A stretch of DNA of 64,000 bases, from positions 682,001 to 746,000 of the forward strand of contig CDRNVI010000054.1 in NCBI GenBank assembly GCA_977017575.1, read 5' to 3'. The notes under the pieces were generated by a model, which saw nothing but the letters and a program-made list of their open reading frames with translations, was not told the DNA's origin and made no database searches. The translations under genes were made by a program, and so were the position numbers. Shown piece by piece: positions 48,546-59,602 of this stretch. Source of the DNA: Paramoeba atlantica (lineage: Eukaryota > Protista > Discosea). The stretch's first letter is position 1. Each line of letters begins with the position of its first letter.

Positions 48546-48571
48546 GATCGTTGTGCAGAGTGCGGGGTATC

Positions 48572-48727
48572 GGGTCCCGGATTCTGTTCCACTCCGCCTC
48601 GCACAAGTTCGTTTTTTACGCTCGCTTGGGTCCACCCTGTGCTGGCCTCTAGCTCTATGGCAGGCGAGGTGAGGTTTTGCAATACGCGGGGGGGGCCTCG
48701 GTTCCACTCCAATCCCCCTCGTAAAAG
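48572..48727 (-). other. Tandem 2A-like peptide motifs
   Basis: LLRGGLEWNRGP and LVRGGVEQNPGP, 40 aa apart. Confidence 0.7.
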
Positions 48728-50452
48728 ACCGATATCTACCTGGGTCTTGCTCCACCCTGAGTTCGCTATAAACTTCTCGCTGGGCGTGAAACAACAGAGC
48801 GGTCCTGAGGGGGAGGGCACTTCGCACCACGCAGGGGCGAATTCTGGGTCGATACCTAAATGTGAACATATAGCAACCGATAATTTGTTAGTAGGCACGC
48901 TGGAGGGGACAGTGATCTGCGTCTCACCTGTCGGGTATCCGTAAATGAGGACTCTGTTTTTTGACGGCTTTGCGGCGTTATAAGGTACCCGAAGAGCAGT
49001 GCCTAAAGTAACTAGGGGCGATATGTTGCTGAGCTTCTCGGTTAGATCCATAGTGGCCCCGGTTGCTGAAGCAACGAGTGTCACGAGCTCACTGCGGAGC
49101 CCCAAACAGAGCGCGATCTTGTCTCTAACTGAATCCAGATGGGCGTGAGACGGAACAACTGGGAAGGTGAGATTTTCCCAAGGCGATGGGCAAAGAAGGA
49201 GACGAATTGTAACGTCGACGGTGCTGTCTTCATCTAGATCTTCATCCCAGCCGGGCTGATCCAGTCCTCCAATTCAGTTTCCTTCATGTTTCTCTCGGCC
49301 TTTTGCATAAAAGGCGAGTTAGCAGACGGCGTTCTTGAGAGGGCTTGAAGTTCCCGGTGGAAGGTCTCTTACTTTCTCTACAATCTCGGAGCTTTCCTCT
49401 AACAGGATACTTCTTTTGGCGTCCATAGCTTTGCGAAACGCAACCTTGATGTCGTGTTCAAGGTGTACTTTCTTGTGCTCACTCAGTTGGTCGGCATCCA
49501 TCAGTTGCTTTGAACAGGTGTTGCAAACGTGTCCCTTCTTCTCTGTAATGGAGAGCTTTCGGGCAAGAGCGAGATGCCACTCGCGTCTTGCGTTAAGGTT
49601 TTCGAGAAAGAGATTGTGTCTGGAGACGAGCTCCTGGGCGACTAATTGAACGAATGAGAGATCTTTTTCTGTTGAACGGATCTCGTACTCTATGTCCGCT
49701 ATGAAACCGTTTTCAGGCTTCTCTTTAGAGTGGAATGTGATTCTTTATTTAGCTTCTCAAACAGGGAAAAGCGTTCCTCCAATGAAAGAATGTGTTTCGT
49801 CTTCCCCGTAGTGGTTTCGCTTTCGTTAGAGGAGAAGGGGAAGTTACTGCGCGTTACTCCCTTTAGTGCTTGGACGAATGTTTTCTTCGGCCGTTCGGTG
49901 TGTGAAGCGAAGTAAGTTGCAGTTCTGGCAGGAGGGCGTGAGGGGAGCTCTGAAGTTCCCATAAATCGGGGAGGCTTCGAGGACGGAGTTCCGGTGTGAT
50001 CCCGTGGGGCATGAGGGGATTCGAAGTCGCACGCATCACAGCGATTGAAATAGGGACGTTTAGGGCTGAAAGGGGATGAACACACTTCGCAGGGTTTGGT
50101 GAGACCCTGGGAAGTGTTTGAACAAGACAGTGCGCAGGACTCACACCACCGAAAGTAAGGCCTAGCGGGAAAGAACGGGGAGGAGCAAGCATCACATGAT
50201 TTTTGGTGAGTGCTGTGTGGGCTTGGAGGGTTCGTCGCCGCGCGTGGCTGGACGGAAGGGTACGAGCGAATGGTGGGATGTAATGGGGGTTGTGAGAAAT
50301 TGGGCGAGCATTTCGCGCAAAATCGGTGGGCGCGGTTATGTGGGACAAAACGTGTGCCACAGTGGCAAAACCAGAACTTCCCACCTGATCGAGGGTCATT
50401 CATCGAGGGTCATTCATATGTAAAGTCAATAGGAATGGAAAGAGAAATAATT

Positions 50453-50487
50453 CAACAAGGCACAGAAACTGCATCTTTATCGTTGTT
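50453..50487 (-). other. Spliced-leader-like 35-mer at the unit 5' end
   Basis: AACAACGATAAAGATGCAGTTTCTGTGCCTTGTTG; contains the euglenozoan SL core CAGTTTCTGT and ends TTG. Confidence 0.75.
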
Positions 50488-53400
50488 TTTTTTTTTGCAA
50501 TAAATGGGGGGGGAGAAGTATAAAACGCGGCATTGCCTCTATATTTTTACCCAGAGACGAACCAAGTAGGTCCATTGGGGGGGGTATATGATTGAACAAG
50601 CAATCAAATTGGCAATTTCACATGTTGTAGCCCAAAACTATTAATTCAACCTGCCTTAAGTTATTTATGATTTTGATAACAATAATAATAAAAAGAAGCA
50701 ATTCATTCCCAATCCATTCGCTCGTTCCGGACCGGGTCTTTCGACCACTCCTCGGCCTGACTTGTGAACCCTTCCCTTGTTATATGGGAAGGTTTTTTTA
50801 TTTTAACTTCACAGCTTTAGCAACAACAACAACAACTTACTTCCACACTTTACGCGCCCTTTCATGCGCAACGAAAGACGCAGGTTTTCTGCGGGCATCC
50901 GGAGTACCAACATGTGCGCTTGGGCTCGCATAAGGGTCACGTTCACTTCCGTGAGGAGGCGTTGGAAGGCCTTTCCACGCGAAAGTGTGCCCTTCGAGGC
51001 AGCTGAGCGGCGCTCGGCAACTTCTCGGAGAATTCCCCGCGCGCTCTCCGACCAGGGCCCGAAGGATTCCACCGCCATCCCGGTGAATCTATACCCTTGG
51101 GGTTCGGCCTCGAGGCGCTCCGAACGTTTGTGTTCCGTATCGTACCGTTCGACAAAGGATCCTGCGTTTCCCACACGTTAGCGCCTCGGACTGAGTCCGT
51201 ATATGTATGTGGGTTGCTGAACGTGAGTTACGCAGAAGTCCAATACCAAACCGGTAGCTAGGCCAAAGTTTGGGAGGAAGACATGGCCCGGTCTGGTGGG
51301 GCCGCCGCCCGGGCCGTGGTTGCCTAGACCGACCTCTCGTTGCGGGGCGAGGTGTGCCTTGGCGCACACATCGCAGAAGTGCTCGACCAGGGCGTTGTGC
51401 CGGGAGATGAGGCCGTAGACGCTTTTTCATGCTAGGGCATGCTGGCCATCAGATCCTAGCGGTTGTTTACACTGGTCTCTAGGGCAAGGGCGGGGGGTGT
51501 CTTAGACGTCTGCCCCGAGCCACCAGCGTGCCAGGGTGCGGAACTCCGTAGGGGTAAGGGCGTACCCCAGCTCTCTGGATGGGAGGACAAAGGACCAGCT
51601 TCCGACCCCTTCCCCGCTTTGAGAGAGCCATCTCGCTCTCTTTTCTTTTTGGCTCGTGTATCACATGTAGTCGGATCTTTTGCTTTCGGACAAGAACCTG
51701 GTATCTCTCTCTTCCTTTCGTGTCCTGAAAAGCGCTGCAGTGATTTGCCGAACCAATCGGGCTTCCTAATAGATCAAAATTACCATTAATGTTTATCTTG
51801 TCTGGGGGAATGTCTGCGAAAAGAGCAGCGTTGTGCGCTGAGGCGGGGTGGAGGGCTACCTCACATTTTTGTTTGGTAAGGAGAAGACCAAGTTGTGTCC
51901 CCTCGCTAGAGGGGACTGCCAAGGGCCTTCCGGACTGATGCCTGGCTACCCGCTAAGTCCCCGTCATCAAGGTACCAGAACTGAAAGAAAGTGTCCTCTG
52001 GGAGTTCTGAAACGATTTTTTCCGTAATTAAGTGAAGAACGAGAGAGAAGAGCAGATGTCCGAGCGGGCCCCCTTGCTGTACGCCTTCTGCTGAGAGAAC
52101 GGTGTGTGGGCCGTAGGTGAGTGAGCTGTCTGTCTCATAACACCACGAAATCCAGTCCGATAATTCTGGGAAATTTTCGCGTGTCAGGGAAATGAGAACG
52201 GATCGAGAAACGTTGTTAAACGCGTTGGCCAGATCGACTTTACAGAAGACGAAGTCTGGGTCGTCAATGTGGGCGGAGAACGTCTGTCAGCAACGGCGTA
52301 TCATCCGTTCCGACCCTGCAGGAACCGCGAAGCCGTATTGTGTTCCGCAAAAGATGGCTTGCGCTCGCAGTTTGAGTGCTGCACATGCTCCTTTGCTCGC
52401 TAGGCGACGAAGAGTTTCACCGACAGCAATCGGGCGGACGTCTTGCTCTCCTTTCTGCAAGGCGCAGAGGCGGGCGCCTGCGAAATGGTTTTGGGATTCG
52501 AGCGGAGCTTTCCCCGCCAAGAAATGGTTGACTAACTTTGCGAGGGCCGTGAGTGGGTTGACATTCGAGTCGACGTTCGCGTAGAATGCCTCCTGTATGT
52601 GTTCTGGGCACAACCCCATCGTGCCTCCCGAGGAGCCTCTGTGGAAGCTTTTGACTGCGGCAGAAGTTTCTTGTTCCGTGAGCTGCAATGGCGGGCACTT
52701 TGTTGGGGGTGGTTCGGTGGCGAGGAATTCTGTCAAAAAGGCGGGGCAGGGCAGTCGACAAGGGTGTTTATTTCGAAGTTTTGAGAGGGTTTCTGGGCTT
52801 TCGGGCGCCATCGGAGAGGCCGTAAGGGCTGCCATACCCCGAGAAAATTCGCCTTGTCGTGCGAGGAGCTCTGTACGAATGGCTGCTCGCTTCTCGTCGT
52901 TGTGAGGGGTTTTCGGAGAACTATGTTGCTTGTTATTGAAGGAGGAAATTGCATCATACCATAGGGAAGCGTACTCGCGCGCTTGCCAACGCTCTAGGCA
53001 CTTGAGAACGTGGTTGGCGTACGAAGTGTGCCCTTTGCGGCCCCCACGATAAGGGGCATGGAGGACGAACTTCGGGAGCATCGCTAGGAGGGTCCAAGCG
53101 CAAGTAGTGTTTTCCTTCCCCGCCGCAGCCATCGCCTCGGAGAGAGCCGACGCCCAAAGTTGACGGCATCGGTATTGGATTTGTTTGCATGTCGAAATTG
53201 GGATGGCACATACGATAGGTAAGGGCGGCAGAGGTGGGTCGTTGTTTCACACTACCCCCGAGAGATTAAGGGGTAGAACTGGAGTTGAGCTGGGCGACTG
53301 GGAGGGGTCAGTGGGGTGAGGGGAGGCGTGATTTCGGAATTTACACTCTCAAGGTGTGAGGTCTGCTTTGAAATATCGTAATTTTTTCTACATGGCCTGC

Positions 53401-53610
53401 AGAGGAAGCGACCTTGTTCACCCCACCACTGTGCGGAAACCGCGTCACCGTGTCGTGATTATAGAAGGCCTGCCAATGCCCTCCATGGGACGTTGTACTC
53501 CAAGTGCATCCTTCCGCTGGACAAACACGAGATTCTGTGGGCATGAAGAGGGGAAGTGTGATTTCGGAGAGATTATTGGAATGGAGAAGACGCGATCGTC
53601 GTGCAGGGTG

Positions 53611-53982
53611 GAGGTGGCGGAGTGGCAAGAACTCAAAGTTTGAAGCACATGGTGCTCAAACGGCGAGTTCAAACCCGCTCATCGCAATATTCCTGGCGGC
53701 CTCACTCTAAGAGGCTGGGCTGATACCCGACTAGGCCCAGTACTCGGATGACCGTCCCCTCAGGGAACCAGCTCCCTTACCCGGCTTACACCTCTTGGGT
53801 AAGCCGTGTTGACGTGCTGTTCGTTGACGCAGCGTGTTGGAAACAGCACGTTGGTGTCGCCTTGGACAAGCGGAAACTGGTAGAGGACGTCGGCCTCGGA
53901 ACTTCCAAATCTGTCTGTGAAGGGTCTGGCTCGCCAGTGACCATCCGGAGCAATCCGGAATGATTTGGATTTTTTTGGATTG
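53611..53982 (+). mobile_element. tRNA-like-headed SINE inserted in unit 2
   Basis: A box TGGCGGAGTGG at 53615-53625, B box GTTCAAACC at 53667-53675; direct repeats at 53594-53610 and 53983-53999. Confidence 0.6.
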
Positions 53983-54008
53983 GATCGTTGTGCAGAGTGC
54001 GGGGTATC

Positions 54009-54164
54009 GGGTCCCGGATTCTGTTCCACTCCGCCTCGCACAAGTTCGTTTTTTACGCTCGCTTGGGTCCACCCGGTGCTGGCCTCTAGCTCTATGGCAG
54101 GCGAGGTGAGGTTTTGCAATACGCGGGGGGGGCCTCGGTTCCACTCCAATCCCCCTCGTAAAAG
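54009..54164 (-). other. Tandem 2A-like peptide motifs
   Basis: As in unit 1, within ORF 53760..54746. Confidence 0.7.
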
Positions 54165-55890
54165 ACCGATATCTACCTGGGTCTTGCTCCACCCTGAGTT
54201 CGCTATAAACTTCTCGCTGGGCGTGAAACAACAGAGCGGTCCTGAGGGGGAGGGCACTTCGCACCACGCAGGGGCGAATTCTGGGTCGATACCTAAATGT
54301 GAACATATAGCAACCGATAATTTGTTAGTAGGCACGCTGGAGGGGACAGTGATCTGCGTCTCACCTGTCGGGTATCCGTAAATGAGGACTCTGTTTTTTG
54401 ACGGCTTTGCGGCGTTATAAGGTACCCGAAGAGCAGTGCCTAAAGTAACTAGGGGCGATATGTTGCTGAGCTTCTCGGTTAGATCCATAGTGGCCCCGGT
54501 TGCTGAAGCAACGAGTGTCACGAGCTCACTGCGGAGCCCCAAACAGAGCGCGATCTTGTCTCTAACTGAATCCAGATGGGCGTGAGACGGAACAACTGGG
54601 AAGGTGAGATTTTCCCAAGGCGATGGGCAAAGAAGGAGACGAATTGTAACGTCGACGGTGCTGTCTTCATCTAGATCTTCATCCCAGCCCGGGCTGATCC
54701 AGTCCTCCAATTCAGTTTCCTTCATGTTTCTCTCGGCCTTTTGCATAAAAGGCGAGTTAGCAGACGGCGTTCTTGAGAGGGCTTGAAGTTCCCGGTGGAA
54801 GGTCTCTTACTTTCTCTACAATCTCGGAGCTTTCCTCTAACAGGATACTTCTTTTGGCGTCCATAGCTTTGCGAAACGCAACCTTGATGTCGTGTTCAAG
54901 GCGTACTTTCTTGTGCTCACTCAGTTGGTCGGCATCCATCAGTTGCTTTGAACAGGTGTTGCAAACGTGTCCCTTCTTCTCTGTAATGGAGAGCTTTCGG
55001 GCAAGAGCGAGATGCCACTCGCGTCTTGCGTTAAGGTTTTCGAGAAAGAGATTGTGTCTGGAGACGAGCTCCTGGGCGACTAATTGAACGAATGAGAGAT
55101 CTTTTTCTGTTGAACGGATCTCGTACTCTATGTCCGCTATGAAACCGTTTTCAGGCTTCTCTTTAGAGTGGAATGTGATTCTTTATTTAGCTTCTCAAAC
55201 AGGGAAAAGCGTTCCTCCAATGAAAGAATGTGTTTCGTCTTCCCCGTAGTGGTTTCGCTTTCGTTAGAGGAGAAGGGGAAGTTACTGCGCGTTACTCCCT
55301 TTAGTGCTTGGACGAATGTTTTCTTCGGCCGTTCGGTGTGTGAAGCGAAGTAAGTTGCAGTTCTGGCAGGAGGGCGTGAGGGGAGCTCTGAAGTTCCCAT
55401 AAATCGGGGAGGCTTCGAGGACGGAGTTCCGGTGTGATCTCGTGGGGCATGAGGGGATTCGAAGTCGCACGCATCACAGCGATTGAAATAGGGACGTTTA
55501 GGGCTGAAAGGGGATGAACACACTTCGCAGGGTTTGGTGAGACCCTGGGAAGTGTTTGAACAAGACAGTGCGAAGGACTCACACCACCGAAAGTAAGGCC
55601 TAGCGGGAAAGAACGGGGAGGAGCAAGCATCACATGATTTTTGGTGAGTGCTGTGTGGGCTTGGAGGGTTCGTCGCCGCGCGTGGCTGGACGGAAGGGTA
55701 CGAGCGAATGGTGGGATGTAATGGGGGTTGTGAGAAATTGGGCGAGCATTTCGCGCAAAATCGGTGGGCGCGGTTATGTGGGACAAAACGTGTGCCACAG
55801 TGGCAAAACCAGAACTTCCCACCTGATCGAGGGTCATTCATCGAGGGTCATTCATATGTAAAGTCAATAGGAAGGGAAAGAGAAATAATT

Positions 55891-55925
55891 CAACAAGGCA
55901 CAGAAACTGCATCTTTATCGTTGTT
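55891..55925 (-). other. Spliced-leader-like 35-mer
   Basis: Identical to 50453-50487. Confidence 0.75.
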
Positions 55926-58900
55926 TTTTTTTTTGCAATAAATGGGGGGGGAGAAGTATAAAACGCGGCATTGCCTCTATATTTTTACCCAGAGACGAAC
56001 CAAGTAGGTCCATTGGGGGGGGTATATGATTGAACAAGCAATCAAATTGGCAATTTCACATGTTGTAGCCCAAAACTATTAATTCAACCTGCCTTAAGTT
56101 ATTTATGATTTTGATAACAATAATAATAAAAAGAAGCAATTCATTCCCAATCCATTCGCTCGTTCCGGACCGGGTCTTTCGACCACTCCTCGGCCTGACT
56201 TGTGAACCCTTCCCTTGTTATATGGGAAGGTTTTTTTATTTTAACTTCACAGCTTTAGCAACAACAACAACAACTTACTTCCACACTTTACGCGCCCTTT
56301 CATGCGCAACGAAAGACGCAGGTTTTCTGCGGGCATCCGGAGTACCAACATGTGCGCTTGGGCTCGCATAAGGGTCACGTTCACTTCCGTGAGGAGGCGT
56401 TGGAAGGCCTTTCCACGCGAAAGTGTGCCCTTCGAGGCAGCTGAGCGGCGCTCGGCAACTTCTCGGAGAATTCCCCGCGCGCTCTCCGACCAGGGCCCGA
56501 AGGATTCCACCGCCACCCCGGTGAATCTATACCCTTGGGGTTCGGCCTCGAGGCGCTCCGAACGTTTGTGTTCCGTATCGTACCGTTCGACAAAGGATCC
56601 TGCGTTTCCCACACGTTAGCGCCTCGGACTGAGTCCGTATATGTATGTGGGTTGCTGAACGTGAGTTACGCAGAAGTCCAATACCAAACCGGTAGCTAGG
56701 CCAAAGTTTGGGAGGAAGACATGGCCCGGTCTGGTGGGGCCGCCGCCCGGGCCGTGGTTGCCTAGACCGACCTCTCGTTGCGGGGCGAGGTGTGCCTTGG
56801 CGCACACATCGCAGAAGTGCTCGACCAGGGCGTTGTGCCGGGAGATGAGGCCGTAGACGCTTTTTCATGCTAGGGCATTCTGGCCATCAGATCCTAGCGG
56901 TTGTTTACACTGGTCTCTAGGGCAAGGGCGGGGGGTGTCTTAGACGTCTGCCCCGAGCCACCAGCGTGCCAGGGTGCGGAACTCCGTAGGGGTAAGGGCG
57001 TACCCCAGCTCTCTGGATGGGAGGACAAAGGACCAGCTTCCGACCCCTTCCCCGCTTTGAGAGAGCCATCTCGCTCTCTTTTCTTTTTGGCTCGTGTATC
57101 ACATGTAGTCGGATCTTTTGCTTTCGGACAAGAACCTGGTATCTCTCTCTTCCTTTCGTGTCCTGAAAAGCGCTGCAGTGATTTGCCGAACCAATCGGGC
57201 TTCCTAATAGATCAAAATTACCATTAATGTTTATCTTGTCTGGGGGAATGTCTGCGAAAAGAGCAGCGTTGTGCGCTGAGGCGGGGTGGAGGGCTACCTC
57301 ACATTTTTGTTTGGTAAGGAGAAGACCAAGTTGTGTCCCCTCGCTAGAGGGGACTGCCAAGGGCCTTCCGGACTGATGCCTGGCTACCCGCTAAGTCCCC
57401 GTCATCAAGGTACCAGAACTGAAAGAAAGTGTCCTCTGGGAGTTCTGAAACGATTTTTTCCGTAATTAAGTGAAGAACGAGAGAGAAGAGCAGATGTCCG
57501 AGCGGGCCCCCTTGCTGTACGCCTTCTGCTGAGAGAACGGTGTGTGGGCCGTAGGTGAGTGAGCTGTCTGTCTCATAACACCACGAAATCCAGTCCGATA
57601 ATTCTGGGAAATTTTCGCGTGCCAGGGAAATGAGAACGGATCGAGAAACGTTGTTAAACGCGTTGGCCAGATCGACTTTACAGAAGACGAAGTCTGGGTC
57701 GTCAATGTGGGCGGAGAACGTCTGTCAGCAACGGTGTATCATCCGTTCCGACCCTGCAGGAACCGCGAAGCCGTATTGTGTTCCGCAAAAGATGGCTTGC
57801 GCTCGCAGTTTGAGTGCTGCACATGCTCCTTTGCTCGCTAGGCGACGAAGAGTTTCACCGACAGCAATCGGGCGGACGTCTTGCTCTCCTTTCTGCAAGG
57901 CGCAGAGGCGGGCGCCTGCGAAATGGTTTTGGGATTCGAGCGGAGCTTTCCCCGCCAAGAGATGGTTGACTAACTTTGCGAGGGCCGTGAGTGGGTTGAC
58001 ATTCGAGTCGACGTTCGCGTAGAATGCCTCCTGTATGTGTTCTGGGCACAACCCCATCGTGCCTCCCGAGGAGCCTCTGTGGAAGCTTTTGACTGCGGCA
58101 GAAGTTTCTTGTTCCGTGAGCTGCAATGGCGGGCACTTTGTTGGGGGTGGTTCGGTGGCGAGGAATTCTGTCAAAAAGGCGGGGCAGGGCAGTCGACAAG
58201 GGTGTTTATTTCGAAGTTTTGAGAGGGTTTCTGGGCTTTCGGGCGCCATCGGAGAGGCCGTAAGGGCTGCCATACCCCGAGAAAATTCGCCTTGTCGTGC
58301 GAGGGGCTCTGTACGAATGGCTGCTCGCTTCTCGTCGTTGTGAGAGGTTTTCGGAGAACTATGTTGCTTGTTATTGAAGGAGGAAATTGCATCATACCAT
58401 AGGGAAGCGTACTCGCGCGCTTGCCAACGCTCTAGGCACTTGAGAACGTGGTTGGCGTACGAAGTGTGCCCTTTGCGGCCCCCACGATAAGGGGCATGGA
58501 GGACGAACTTCGGGAGCATCGCTAGGAGGGTCCAAGCGCAAGTAGTGTTTTCCTTCCCCGCCGCAGCCATCGCCTCGGAGAGAGCCGACGCCCAAAGTTG
58601 ACGGCATCGGTATTGGATTTGTTTGCATGTCGAAATTGGGATGGCACATACGATAGGTAAGGGCGGCAGAGGTGGGTCGTTGTTTCACACTACCCCCGAG
58701 AGATTAAGGGGTAGAACTGGAGTTGAGCTGGGCGACTGGGAGGGGTCAGTGGGGTGAGGGGAGGCGTGATTTCGGAATTTACACTCTCAAGGTGTGAGGT
58801 CTGCTTTGAAATATCGTAATTTTTTCTACATGGCCTGCAGAGGAAGCGACCTTGTTCACCCCACCACTGTGCGGAAACCGCGTCACCGTGTCGTGATTAT

Positions 58901-59048
58901 AGAAGGCCTGCCAATGCCCTCCATGGGACGTTGTACTCCAAGTGCATCCTTCCGCTGGACAAACACGAGATTCTGTGGGCATGAAGAGGGGAAGTGTGAT
59001 TTCGGAGAGATTATTGGAATGGAGAAGACGCGATCGTCGTGCAGGGTG

Positions 59049-59420
59049 GAGGTGGCGGAGTGGCAAGAACTCAAAGTTTGAAGCACATGGTGCTCAAACG
59101 GCGAGTTCAAACCCGCTCATCGCAATATTCCTGGCGGCCTCACTCTAAGAGGCTGGGCTGATACCCGACTAGGCCCAGTACTCGGATGACCGTCCCCTCA
59201 GGGAACCAGCTCCCTTACCCGGCTTACACCTCTTGGGTAAGCCGTGTTGACGTGCTGTTCGTTGACGCAGCGTGTTGGAAACAGCACGTTGGTGTCGCCT
59301 TGGACAAGCGGAAACTGGTAGAGGACGTCGGCCTCGGAACTTCCAAATCTGTCTGTGAAGGGTCTGGCTCGCCAGTGACCATCCGGAGCAATCCGGAATG
59401 ATTTGGATTTTTTTGGATTG
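59049..59420 (+). mobile_element. tRNA-like-headed SINE inserted in unit 3
   Basis: Same as 53611-53982. Confidence 0.6.
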
Positions 59421-59446
59421 GATCGTTGTGCAGAGTGCGGGGTATC

Positions 59447-59602
59447 GGGTCCCGGATTCTGTTCCACTCCGCCTCGCACAAGTTCGTTTTTTACGCTCGC
59501 TTGGGTCCACCCGGTGCTGGCCTCTAGCTCTATGGCAGGCGAGGTGAGGTTTTGCAATACGCGGGGGGGGCCTCGGTTCCACTCCAATCCCCCTCGTAAA
59601 AG
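59447..59602 (-). other. Tandem 2A-like peptide motifs
   Basis: Within ORF 59198..60184. Confidence 0.7.

Larger units (their letters stand above)
44640..50487 (-). mobile_element. CRE-clade non-LTR retroelement, unit 1 (longest, disrupted)
   Basis: Zn-finger ORF1, 2A-like motifs, CPAEGC and CRPC fingers, AWTLLAMLPKFVL, RT (DLANAF, VQQG, WYLDDG), CCHC knuckles, RLE (RPADVFL...VLDFAVT...VVESFG). Multiple stops and frameshifts. Confidence 0.9.
50488..55925 (-). mobile_element. CRE-clade tandem unit 2 (5438 bp, chimeric)
   Basis: 5' part near-identical to unit 1; 3' RLE/UTR from a different subfamily; ends in A11. Confidence 0.9.

Noticed and set aside
50453-50487. Bona fide SL RNA gene
   Set aside because: The exon-like 35-mer is followed by AATTATTTC, not a GT donor, and runs into a coding region.
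50725-50770. 5S rRNA fragment
   Set aside because: Only short word matches (cgacca, ttgtgaa), with wrong spacing and no full-length fold.
50700-50792. HDV-like or hammerhead ribozyme in the poly(A) module
   Set aside because: GCGAAU and CCGAGGAG...GAAA words are suggestive, but I could not build P1/P2/P3 or hammerhead stems I and III by hand. A covariance search would be needed.
53700-53760. HDV-like ribozyme in the SINE body
   Set aside because: gctgggc/gcccagt makes a P1-like helix, but the 14 enclosed nt are too few for P2, P3 and L3.
46490-53760. Alternative genetic code (TGA read-through)
   Set aside because: LRR genes have no internal stops and some end in TGA. The TE stops correspond to CGA>TGA changes and co-occur with frameshifts.
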